DNA of 64,000 nucleotides from Marsupella aquatica (taxonomy: Eukaryota > Plantae > Marchantiophyta). The position numbers and the translations under genes are program-made. Below are positions 10,462-22,306 of the stretch, in pieces; within the stretch, counting starts at the first letter, position 1, and each line of letters begins with the position of its first letter. The stretch covers positions 15,717,037-15,781,036 of the forward strand of contig OZ316891.1 in the NCBI GenBank assembly GCA_973895155.1. The letters run 5' to 3'. Under the pieces are notes generated by a model. That model had not been told where the DNA came from. It searched no databases and was given only the letters and a program-made list of their open reading frames with translations.

Positions 10462-11669
10462 CATGTGACGTAAATATTGTCTCAATGTCAGCACAAAATC
10501 AGGTTCAAAGCTATGGAATACTTTCTGAAACTGCTCCTCGTTGTATCTCTCAATAGTATAGGAGTTATTCTTGCTCTATCTCTCCTCAAAGCTGCATCAA
10601 TCAAGCACAAACCACTCCAAGAAAATGTCAAATTGAACACTGAACTGAATATCACCAAACTAAAACCAACAACTAATAGACTAAATTCAATTCTCCTCAT
10701 TGGACATAGTCTCGTCCCTCCTTATCCTGCCAGGTATTGATAACGTCTTGATGCAAGTCCCATAATTCTTGCCCTCCTCGAATCCCAAGCCTCACAAGGA
10801 AGAAGAAAGCCAAACGTTTTTGACAACCATGGGAGAAGTCAATCTGGTGATCCATATCAGACAGGGGAGCTTTCTCCATCTAATCTGTGAGGTTCGATAC
10901 CTGTCACAAGGAAACACACTCTTATCAGAATCCAAAAACACAGTTATGGTTTAGCAACAAGCTGCATAATTCACAACACAAATAAATGAAGCGTGTACGA
11001 ATTGGTCTTTTTGTTGATTCCTTCCTTTGCACTCTTCCTGATTGCAGCTTTCAGAACCAGTCAAGTTTTTGTGAAGCATGCATTGCTGATGTTGAAGTCC
11101 CTATCCACAACATTTTCATCCCCTCTCAAAGCTCTCATCTCGCTTGCATGCCTTATCACACAATTGAAGGCATTCATCAGGCCCATTAAAGAAGATGACG
11201 GGTACTGTTTGCCATCCAACTTCACAACCTGGGAGAAGACATTACTGAATAGCTCATCAAGCACCTCCAGAGGCAGATCCCCAAGTGGAATACTTGTGTC
11301 CCACTTCAGAGCAGTTTGAAGTAGATTCACACAGTTTGTGGCCCATCAATCGTTGTGTTCAGATCTACGCTTTTCTTTCCCTTTCCCTGCATTAGCCAAC
11401 GATGGATCAACAACAATCCTGAATCCAGGGACATTTACCTCTACCTGTATCAGCTCAACAAGAGGCTGAACAATAGCTTCGATCTGAGGCACGATTCCAT
11501 GATACAAAGGTTGGTTGATTGAAAGTGTGTCAACTTTTTTCTCGAACACATGGGATACATCGGACAGGCCAGGCAGATTGGAAGTTTCATTATCGAACAC
11601 AACGGACAAGTCGGACGGGCACAAAAGCTTGTAGGGCCCATTAGCCTCATCCAAGAACATGATGTCCAT
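10462..11669 (-). pseudogene. N-terminal and central part of the same Crypton/DUF3504-like tyrosine recombinase, broken by stops or frameshifts
   Basis: ORF pieces 11346-11669, 11061-11330 (VFSQVVKLDGKQYPSSSL, Crypton-type DGxxY motif) and 10697-10879 (FFLVRLGIRGGQELWDL, box-I catalytic Arg). The frame ending FEPDFVLTLRQYLRHM abuts the LTR. Confidence 0.7.
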
Positions 11670-13239
11670 GTCTCTCCTTCTTCCTCTCCCTCAACAAACA
11701 TCAGATCACTGTCATGAGAATCCCCCATCCTTCGACCCGCACAACCTTTGCAACTATGCAACACTGAATTAATTGAACCAGTTATGGCAGAAAACAAGCA
11801 GAGCTTCTTGACACACTGAGCCATGTTCTTAGTGAGTCGATCATGTGATGACCTTATACTAATTACATAACAGGGATCTGAGAGCAAGAACACAAAGCGG
11901 ATCCACATTTTGAATCAGCTGAAGGGGCGAGCGCACAGCACATGCATGCATGCAACTCAAACTAGATTGAAATCTCCACCGTGCTCGCGCCACCCTAAAC
12001 AGATTTTGAAAACTGCAAGAGCACAAAGCAATGCCACCATAGAAAACGATTTCAAATGCAGTGAAATTGACAGCAGCTCGATGCCCTTTCAGCAACTTGA
12101 TGACTCAGCTGCTGCACTCGCCTCCCCGTTTGGCTGCTCGCATTCAGCCTCCTGCTTAGCGCTTTGACCTTCAATCTTGCACTACTCGCGCCTCCCACTA
12201 ATGCCTCCCACTCTCGCATTGCTCGCACCTCCCACTGCTCGAGCGCAGCTGACGCCTACATCCCATTCGCCAAAACGGATTTAGCCGGTAACCAACAGGG
12301 TCGACCTAGATTACGCAAGTTAGCGCAGATCTAGGCCATCCATTAGTAGGCTTTACCGGTGTTCCCCGGTTCTTCCAGACAGTTTCTCGGCTACGCCGGT
12401 CAACTTCCTGTCAGAACCTGGTCACCCCGTTACAGCCCAATAACGGCTGCCTAGAGCTGTTATCCTATACATCGCTCTCCCTCCCTCCCTCCGTCCATGC
12501 TCGGCACTCCTCCTCCCTCCCTCCTTTCCCATCAATCCTCCTACCTCCCTCCATGCTTGTCATACCTCCCTGAACGTCAGGCCAACATCAGCGTCAATGA
12601 GCCAAGGGGGACGGAGCATTGCAAAGGGGTCAATGCACCGAGGCAGAGGGTCGCTGGAGGATGGGGAGCGTCATGGAGGGGAGGGGAGGGGAGGGGAGGA
12701 GGCAGAGTCGGCCGCGCCTGAGACGGCCGAGAGGAGGCACGGCCGTAGGGTAACAGCCGAGAGGAGGGGAGGGAGGGGGTCCAGGTGCAAGGTAAGGGAG
12801 GGCATTGGCGAGCCGAGGGACGGGGGCACACGGCATCGCGGCACAGGGTGGTCCCCGCAGGGTGGTCATTGCACTGTGCAGTCCGAGACGCTAACTTCTT
12901 CCTGTGATTTTATTTTCCTTCATTCCTTCCATTTCCTACACTTCCAATTTTCTCATGCAAAAAGGCCTGGCATTTTTCAACAACTACCACTGTAAAAAAG
13001 GATTTTGATTCACTAGGGCCGTAGTCCTCCTGCAAAGCCACCTTGATGGATTTGATTTCTACCTTTTTGTTCAATAACTGCTTAAATGGATTGATTCATT
13101 TTTTAAAGTACCTGGAGAAATGGGGAGGTAGGATTTTACATTGGGAGAAGTTTTTCAGAGCTGGTCAATCCCTAGTGAGTACTCCTTTAAGTCTGCTTTA
13201 AACCACAACTGCCCCTAAAGAGCTCTGGGTTACCTGTAC

Positions 13240-13720
13240 CTCTCATTATCAAGTGCACAGGTTAAGGAATGGGCTTGAACTCCGCAAAAGGTGGTGAATG
13301 ATTCACCTATTGTTGGCAAGGTCTCCACCTTTTATGGTGAAACACTCTCATTATCAAGTGCACAGGTTAAGGAATGGGCTTGAGCTCCACAAAAGGTGGT
13401 GAATGAATTACCTATTGTTGGCAAGTGCTCTACCTTTTATGGTGAAACACTGTAATCGCATGCAAGTGCTCCACCTTTTACTGTGAAACACTTTTATCAC
13501 TGCACAAAAGGTGGTGAATGAATTACCTATTGTTGGCAAGTGCTCTACTTTTTATGGTGAAATCGCATGCAAGTGCTCCACCTTTTACTGTGAAACACTT
13601 TTATCACTCCACAAAAGGTGGTGAATGAATTACCTATTGTTGGCAAGTGCTCTACTTTTTATGGTGAAATCGCATGCAAGTGCTCCACCTTTTATTGTGA
13701 AACACTTTTATCACACCACA
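13240..13720. repeat. Minisatellite, period ~105 bp, four core copies
   Basis: Core aaaaggtggtgaatgaattacctattgttggcaagtgctc.accttttatggtgaaa repeated four times with two alternative linkers. Confidence 0.88.
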
Positions 13721-14349
13721 GGAATGAGGAGGAGCAATAGGGGCTTTTACATCTGACGGTGGTTTAATTAAGCAGTTGTGCCGTGCAATTTTACTTTAAT
13801 TCGCACACTCCAACTTCTAGTCAATGATATCTCGAATTACAAAGAGATTAACAGGAAGAGTTCGACGGTGGATGTAGTTGGAAATACTCAAATGGGGGGA
13901 ATTCTCTTTCAAAGTGCTAAGATTTGTCTCTTGGGAGGAGATATGCCGGTTCAAGCAAGTTTTGATTGGAGTTATCAGTCACTGGAGCTTGAAGTGTGGG
14001 AATAATGGTTGCCAACCAGTATCCAGGCCCTGCCCAGTAGAGTCTTACAGGGGCATCGAAGGGTAAAAAGTGGGTAAATCCGAAGGAAAATCATTGGGGG
14101 AGTATTGAGGCTTGGAAAGGGAGATCAGAAAGTCTAGCAATTTATCTAGGACATGTCCAATATTTCTGGCAAGCTTTGGAACATATACAACTGGCACAAA
14201 TAAGTAATGGATGGAGGCGCTTCAGTTAAGTCCTTGCAAATCTGGAAATGAAAACAACTCGCATCAAGTCAGAGGAGTGAAACAAAGATCTCACAAGTCG
14301 AGAATAGACTGGCTAAACAACATCAGATACAAGATGAAGAGTTCTGCCT

Positions 14350-17313
14350 TCATTGTCTCCGATACAAAGCCGAGCTTTGCAAAAATTTGCTGTAATCAGC
14401 GAGAATCCGGGATTTTTTCACAAGGTCCCACATTCGAACCGCATTTTTTAACCAGTCCCGTTCAGTCAACGGCCTTGCAAAAGATCGCCGTGGCATGGAC
14501 AAAATCTGTCAATGGCACAAACATCAGTCGAAGTAAATCGCCAACCCAACAACGCTTCTGGTGCTGATAAGTCCGTACTACTTGTAACGTGTCTGCCAAA
14601 CCCTTGCCTTGTATTGAAAAGGGAGAGCACAATTCCTACCTGATTTCTCAGTGTTGCCAACAGAGTCATGTAGCTCTCATGGTGATGCTGTGTAAGCTCA
14701 TCCGGTGCTTTCAGAGGAAGCACAAAAACATTTACCCCCGTGTCCTGATCCATTTGTGTATTTCCGCCATTCTCGTCACCTTCCTGTGGCCATCTCAGAC
14801 AAGGATCTACATGATGTATTTTGAGGAATGCAGAAATTAATTAGATACTCAAAAACGACCCTTTAAACCAATTTACCGAATCTTTCAGTACCTTTGAAGT
14901 CGGGCCGACTCCATCTTTCAAGTGGGGAGCTACTGGCGTACGTCCAGACAAACAAATGACGCCATTTTCACCTCTTGGGGCACCTCTCTCCTTTTGGAAA
15001 AAGTCGTCATCCTTGGAGTGTCGGTCAGCTGCAAGAAACGGAGGTGGTCTATACTTAACTACCACATTTCTTTTAAATGTTGGCGACGGGAGATAGTGGG
15101 ATAGTGCCTTTCCTAAGCGCTGGACCTCAGGCCACGAGCACTGGTGTTTGCGGAGCCTGCCAGTCAGGAATAAAATACTTGTGTCAAATCCTACTAAGAG
15201 ACCCTGAGTGTCGTACATATTGCAGTACACATCAGCATCTATCGTAGAACCAAAATTAGAGACACAATTATCTTGCTACAATGTGGTACTAAAAACAGAA
15301 TCCAAAGAAAACATCAACGACAAAGAAATTCAACATATCGTGAATAACGTACTTCGTGTGAACAAATACAACATCAGAAAAAAATTCTGACAAGTCATTG
15401 ACCACTGAATCAGTGTCGTCGTTTTCGACAGGGGATGAGAATTCTTGTCCTAAGCTTGCCCCGGATAAGGTGCTGGGATCTGGAATGCCTTGTTTCAGCA
15501 TCTCTACCTGTTATCATCATTCATCGTTGATCGCCCTTTGAGGTTCAAGCATACATGATTAAGATCACGAAAGTTCAGAACAACTGTAAGATGCGATTTA
15601 GAAAAATGGACCAGAATGCCTTCTATCCACGGCTTTGTAGAAAAGAAGCGTGTTTTGGCAAGGACTTACTGTTTGCATCAGCCTCCACATGCTGGAGTCG
15701 TGAAGACCTTCCGAAACTACAAGCAGGACATGGCAAACGGACGCGAGAAAAACACCGAGCTACATTTGTCCCTTGCATCACACAACGTACACACAACGTA
15801 TAACACTTGCGCCGGGTCCGTCTTCTTCCAAAAACGTACAAGAAAGGGAAGCCTTGGTAAAAATGATAATAGACGAATGATTCACAAAGATGAGAGAGTT
15901 ACAGGACTGGAAATCCATGAAAGCAGCAGTAGGCAATGTCTAGTTTTGTTTACCCGCAGCCCAATAAGCTCGTGTACTAGCTCTGCTGACAAAGTATCTC
16001 CGTTGTGCACAGAAATGTTAGAAAAGCTGTCCGACCGCATAAGATCCATCAAAACCGACGCACTGAAGACTGGCTGCAATGTGGCAATCAAAACGATTGG
16101 CTCCGAGATAATCAGAAGTAGCTAAAGCTAGCCGCATGTCAGATGCACAGACAAGTTTGACCAAGATCTCCCAAAGCTTTCATTCAAAACAACTAGAAAT
16201 TATCGACGTGGACCTAAAAACCAACGACGAGAAGTACATTTTTCTCGTCAAAATGACAACTTTTCTTCCAGATGACGAAACCTTAATGTCGATTCACGTT
16301 GTCCCTTTCTGAGTAGACCTCCAAACGCTTGAACATGTTGAGTTCCACAATTGAGCATGAATGATTCAAACTCCAATATTACATGAAAAGCCATCTTACC
16401 TGGCAATCAAGAAGGATGAGACGCTCAGCAGAGATCCGCAACTCAATGCCAACAGAGCAATGTCTTGCCCCGGCCTTCATATCCTCTGACTGAACAGGAA
16501 AAGGGGGAAGAACACCTGTGAACAACATCTAAACGCGTAAGACAAGAGCCGCTGCAAGAACATCGGTTGGGTTTCAAGAGTGAATTGCACAGCCTTTAAA
16601 TTACGACAACAAGTGAAGCGGATATTGCGTAGACGTTCTAGACCAGGACTAGTTCCGGTGAAGCCATAAAGCTCGTTCATAATCGTCGATTTTCCAACCC
16701 CCGGAGGTCCCAACACGCCAATAACCATGCTGTCCATATTATCTGACATAAGCTGCAAAACTCAGCGTTACAACTTTAAGTCCCGACCGTCAACAGATAG
16801 ATCAATGAGTCCTCAGCAAATAATGCGACCCAACTGTATGGACTGGAGAGCGACAAGAACTGCAATTTCTGACTCTTCCTGGCCACCAGTGTTAAAAGCA
16901 CAAACCCTGCGCTACGACAACTTAGTAGTAAGAACTTCACGTTCACACACAACAGCCGTCTCAACAGAGCAATTGAATTAGAGTGTGTACTTTGGCAGTA
17001 CAAATATTGACCGAGAGCAGTTGACGAACCATGATTTTGAGAATTTCCCGGACAAAAAATCATGCATTCGGGAACTAGGCATCGAACTCACGGGAAGAAG
17101 GCGGTCTGGGTTAAAATCCCAAGATTCTGACAACAGGTTTAGAGATCCGTGGGGCAACCGTACGCGAGCCGGATTATCTTCATCTCTATCCCTCATCAAC
17201 TTCACGACGCCACTCGCACCAGCACTACCTTCTGGGCGGGGAGCAGTAGGTTTCGCTAGTAAAATCTTCGGTCCCCCGCTAGTCCCTGTACTTGATTGTC
17301 CCATCCCAGACAT
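14350..17313 (-). CDS. SMG9: SMG9 nonsense-mediated decay factor, about 458 aa; predicted exons 17313-17092, 16752-16644, 16515-16400, 16073-15954, 15759-15670, 15507-15353, 15156-14892, 14783-14640, 14505-14350
   Basis: GPKILLAKP N-terminus, P-loop VIGVLGPPGVGKSTIMNELYGF, ERLILLD, LGVFLASVCHVLLVVSEGLHDSSMWRLM, TERDWLKNAVRMWDLVK. All GT-AG junctions keep frame (1377 nt). The exon 7/8 boundary is the least certain. Confidence 0.9.
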
Positions 17314-19229
17314 TCCAAAGTTACACAAAATCTCCCTGTCTGCTCGAACGGGAACAAGAAATGAGGCGAACTTCCTGCAGACGAAATCTTGTTCCCGAGC
17401 GAAGTGAGTGCTATCCCTAACAAAAGTGTTGTCCGTCCGTCCGTCCGTCCGCAGTGCCCTTCCCAAGCGAGAAATCGCACGGGACAAGGGGAAGAAACCG
17501 GGCAGAATTCTTAAGTTTGTTGCTTGTCAGACGGGAGTCCCGAATTGCCGCACCGGGACATTCAAGTGAACTGCAAGAGCCATCATTGCGGAAATTTTAG
17601 TAAGTCGACTTCAAAGATCATTGAATCCTCCAAAAGATTGTGAACAGACTGTTCGTAAGGCTAAAGATTTCTGTGCTGAGTTTCGACTAAATGCTTAAAC
17701 CTAATGTAGTAACGGACGAAAACGAAGTAGAGTGTGAGTAGATCGAGCTAAGATTCCTTTGCTGGAGGTTGAGAAAATGCTTCGACCTGGTTGCGAAGGA
17801 GACAGATTTTAAGAACAATAGAGCTAAGATTGCTGCGGGGAGCCTCAACAAGATGCTTCTACCTACTATTTTGATTGCAAAAGAATAGAAGAATCAAACG
17901 AGCGCTCCGACAGACAGAGTGAGAGAAGGAGGGAGCTCACAACGAGAAGTGACTCTCCTGCACCAACACTACAATGGGAGCCACCGGTTCATTGACAAAT
18001 AGGACACCTATTTTGCGTGTGTTGAATTCATGGGGTGTGAGCTGTCCTCAGTTGACAATCTTAGAACGTGCTTGAGGTCTGTCATACTGGGAGACTATGG
18101 GAAAATCCTCGAGATGCTTTAATCGTCTCCCCCTGGTGCGGGTCTTTGTCGGATCCGTGGGGGCTCACCCTGAAATGGGTTCCCTACAATGAATGTGTGT
18201 CACTATTGGTGGGGACAGTCCTCCAAGTGTTCCTCTTCATTTCCGTTCAAGACAACAACAAAAAAAGGAAAGTACTCGAGATCACTCCAGCATTGACGAT
18301 TGATGAAAGCGAGAGTAATACTTGGCCCCATGATTGCTAAATGGTTAAAGCACATGACAGGTCATTGATAAGATTGGGATCTGTGTTTATATGTCAATCC
18401 TGTATTCTGAAGTGATGGACTTCAAAGTCCTCAGCGTGTACAAAGTACAATGAAACGGGAACATCATAATGTGCGCATGAAGAAAACTCAAAGGTTGACG
18501 AAAAGAGCTGACCTTCGCAACCGAAAACTCCAAGGTGGTAATCACCAAAAGCCTGATGCTTAGCAGTGCAGAGAGAGCTGCACTTCCCGTCAACCTATCG
18601 TCGTCCTCGTGCACAATAGTAGCGCCCGGTTGTGCACCTTTCCTCATCCCGTTGCACTGTAATAATACTGCGAAGTCAACCAGAAACTGTTGGGTAAAAA
18701 CAGTGCACAAGTTGTGTTACACGAGCGAAGGTCAAGATAAAATTTGCTGTAAACTAGTATGCACCCTAAACTATAGAATTACTTTGGGACCGACAAAGTT
18801 AGCCAGCACTAACCTAAAGATGAAAAATTAATCGTTGTTAGGGTGCACTTCAACCAAAAGTAAGGGGTAACTACAGTAGACGAACCTGGCCTTAAACACC
18901 ATTTACTATGCAACTAAAGTTACCAACAGTTCCCTATTCATGAAGTGTTCCAACTTTGTATTTTCTGCTCATTTTGCTTGGAGCCCACGATCAAACTTCT
19001 TCACCGTATTAGGGGTGAATTTATTTATTTTAATTTACTGTCTATTTTGTGTTCACTGCACACTAGGTGACAGAGCTTCTCTGAGTATCCGCCTTCAGTA
19101 CCCCTCCACCATCTTGTATTGTGGCAGTAAAGTGAACCCTGTGAGGATGGCTTGTTACTTCCTGTATGTTAGGGCTTTCAATTTCTCTTAAAACATATTC
19201 AAGTCTTCTCCAGCACTATTATAGTATTG

Positions 19230-20660
19230 CAGAGCCCCACATAGCCTTGGTCTGTGGTTTCCAGCCGATGAATGGATGGAGTTGCTTTAAGTATATATTT
19301 TGAGGCACTTTCACCCACCAATTCCAACTTTGTTCAGTGTCAACCACTGCAAAGTGAGGAGGGATAGTCAAGGAGAGGAGATGCAGAAGCTTCAGATTTA
19401 CCAAAACCTAAAAGTGTGCCATAGTTGCACTCCAGTGGGCAACGGTCTGTCCCTCCTAACTTGAAGTACACATTTAGTATCTCCGCAATCAAATCAATCA
19501 CACATTGTCAAAGCACAATGAACCATGTTCAAAGTTGTTACCATACAACACTCATCAATGAAGAGCTTGCAAGTGCCACTGTCCACACAATCAACAAAAT
19601 CTATGATGCTTAGCTTGAGGATCCAAGGCATATAGTAGTTGTTTGGAAGATATACTTTGACCGAGTCCCGGCTTGTACAAGATCAACAACTCCAACCAAA
19701 TTTGTTTGTGCCGCCACACAACATTCATTGATGAAGACAGTGCAAATGCCTAGCTTCCAGCTGAATTGGCGCCCTGACGTGAGGGAGCTTTGGTCCACAA
19801 CCTGGATGTAGTTCCCGGCGGCAATTGAGAATTGTTTCCTTTGGCAATAAGTCTACCGGATTCCAGCCACTCAGCATTTGCGTTTTGCAGAATTACTACC
19901 TACTGACTCTCTTACTTGTGCACTTGTTGCCATGGGGACCAGCTGGAAAAGCATGTGCACAACATGTGGAGCTGCAACATCTGGAGGAGTGTTTGGCTCT
20001 AAGTGCAACTTGACACTTTATCCAGGACGACTATCCACCTCCAACCTACACATGTTTTTGTTGGTGTCCCTTTACCTGATGCGTGGGACATTCTAGTGAA
20101 ACTTGGGCACAATTTGAGAGTTGTCGTCTGCTGGAACACCTAGAAAGACAAGAGCTCACACTCCATCGAACACACCAAATCAAAGTCCAAAGTGGTAATC
20201 CATAAATATTGGCACCATCTTGGGATTGACCTTCATAAGCCTGACTAGACCAGACTGATGAAGACAGCAAGTCCACTTATGGAGATGCCTTCAACAACAT
20301 GTCCTTTGAACACTGCACCTGGCAGGGCTACGGGAATTACAACATTTGAATTTCTCCAGGTCCCTCCCCGTCCCCCAGGATGTGTTTCCTTGTTCAAGAG
20401 TAGAGGCTGCATTGTAGTTACTACACCCCAACCTTTGTGCAAATGTTGTTTGGCAGACAATGAACAAAATCTATGACATTGTGCTTGAGGAGACAAAGCA
20501 CAAATTTGTCTAAAAGATAGTCGTTGACCAAATTCATGATTGTACAAATCAAGATAGTTATAACAACTCCAACCAAATTTGTTTACAGTGCTCAAAACCA
20601 CACAACATTCATCAATGAAGACTACAAACACGGTCGTGCAAACATCAATGAAAAGTTATT
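19230..20660 (+). pseudogene. Possible heavily decayed NB-ARC/LRR-like gene with internally repeated segments
   Basis: Repeated fragments such as KIVITTPTKFV, TTFIDEDSANA and TLINEELA, plus ALVAMG (GLPL-like) and TLHLAGLRELQHLNF (LRR-like). No long ORF. Confidence 0.3.
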
Positions 20661-21479
20661 GATGGTGTACTCCAAATCATGTCACAAGAGAATGATTTTG
20701 GGACTAGACAAAAGAATTTATATATGTGCTATAGGGCAATGTGGGAAGCCAATGTAACTTTATCTCAAGATGAGATAATTCACTTATGGCACTCAGTTAT
20801 GGGTTATAGAGTGAGAAAGGTTTTACAATTATTTGCAAGAATGAATTTATATCTAGTTTGTAATCTTGTACATTGGGTTTAGTGAACATGTATGTTTGGA
20901 AAGCAACATTGACATGCCTTTGGAGTCAAAAATCATTGTTCCAATTATGCAATTCTTGAGTATATATATAGTTAAGTGTGGGGTCCATCCATTACTCCCT
21001 CACACTCTGGAAAATTATACTATGTATCATCTGTTGAGCTACTCAAGATATGTATGGATTTTCTTCAATCATGATGCACAAGTTGATGTCTTTGCCAATT
21101 TTAAGAAATAAAAATTCCAAGCTGAAAATCATATGGCAAACATAGTTAGGTGTTTAGATACAAAGGTGAACAAGTCTATAATTCCTTGGAATGGTAACAT
21201 TTTTATAAAATTTGTTCCTCCACAAAAAGCCCCACGGGAAGGGCAAACAAGTAGACAAAAAGCCAGGCAAGGCAAACACATAGCAAAGCGGCGGACTATC
21301 TCCACCGGCACAACACTCAACGTACACTCAACCCCAAGCAAGGGTTCATCCACCGCCCAGCCACCAAATTATTTAGAGAAGAGTGGACCAACCACACAAA
21401 AAAGTCCGACAAAAGGGCCCATTATTTTTAAGGCACCATGACAGCTAAAATGGCAAGGTACCAATGATTGCAAGAGTTA

Positions 21480-21700
21480 CTTAGTTACTGAGGTGTTTGG
21501 TTGCTTGTGCAGATAGTGAAGACCATTGAGCAACAGGCGTGTTAGGGAGTAAGTGCGGCTTTTATGGGAGTTGCCACTGGAGGTGCAAGGGGTACCAAGT
21601 TGCTTGCTCAAGGAGTTTCATGTAGGCATTGGGGCACCAAGGGCACTTAGGCGAGGGTGTTGGGATTAGTGAGGGCGTTGGGTGGTAAGGTCCACCACTT
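21480..21700 (+). repeat. Diverged repeat, inverted copy of 25918-26120
   Basis: ttggttgctt...ggtgcaagggg.accaagttgcttgctcaagg...gggcacttaggc...aaggtccaccac is the reverse complement of the 25.9-26.1 kb segment. Confidence 0.75.
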
Positions 21701-21977
21701 GTGGTATCAAAGCAATTGCTTGCATAGATGTCGGGCCAGAGTTGGGCTAGGTCGGATCAAATCTAAAAATCCTAGCAGAATTTTGTGGGGACTTAGTGCT
21801 TCAACGTGTTTGGTGGGTTGACTACGGGCAGATTTGGTTGTTGGGGACATGGCAAAGAACACTTGACCAAAGAGTGGCAACAAGACTCTCCCAATCAAGG
21901 GAGAGCATTGTCAAGTTAAGGATAAGGAGATGGCCAATCCTCCCAAAAGGTGGGGCAAGCAAAAGGTGGGGCAAGCA

Positions 21978-22001
21978 ACCCTAAACCCTAAACCCTAAAC
22001 C
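21978..22001 (+). repeat. Telomere-type repeats (AAACCCT)3
   Basis: aaccctaaaccctaaaccctaaacc. Confidence 0.7.
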
Positions 22002-22306
22002 AACTCAAATAGTAGCGACAATGATTCAGAGGAAAAATTGGAGGAGGGGGTTCAAGACCTGGAAGAGGAATTGATCTCTGCCTTGAGAGGGTTGGGTGCA
22101 GAACCAAAGGACGATGTCGAGCTAGATGTCATTGTGGATAATTTGACTAAGGATGACTAGGGCATAGAGGGTGATGCCACAGCCCCAAGAGGTTGTGGTG
22201 CCCGCAAGTTAAGACACAGTCAATATCACCAAAGTCCGCACATGAACCAAAGGACATGAGACCTACAAGGGAAAGACGGTTCAATGACCATCCTCAAACA
22301 ACCCGC

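Noticed and set aside
1-11669. DIRS-type element (RT plus tyrosine recombinase in one unit)
   Set aside because: The recombinase is on the opposite strand and is interrupted by the Gypsy with a clean TSD; the RT belongs to an integrase-bearing element.
12470-12900. GC-rich ORFs 12497-12995 as genes
   Set aside because: Low-complexity C-rich and G-rich tracts produce ORFs in several frames with no recognisable domain.
13240-13720. CRISPR-like array
   Set aside because: The spacers are themselves repeated, the repeat is too long, there are no cas genes, and the context is eukaryotic.
15555-17487. Plus-strand ORFs and extended minus-strand ORFs over SMG9
   Set aside because: Antisense shadows or intron read-through of the SMG9 exons.
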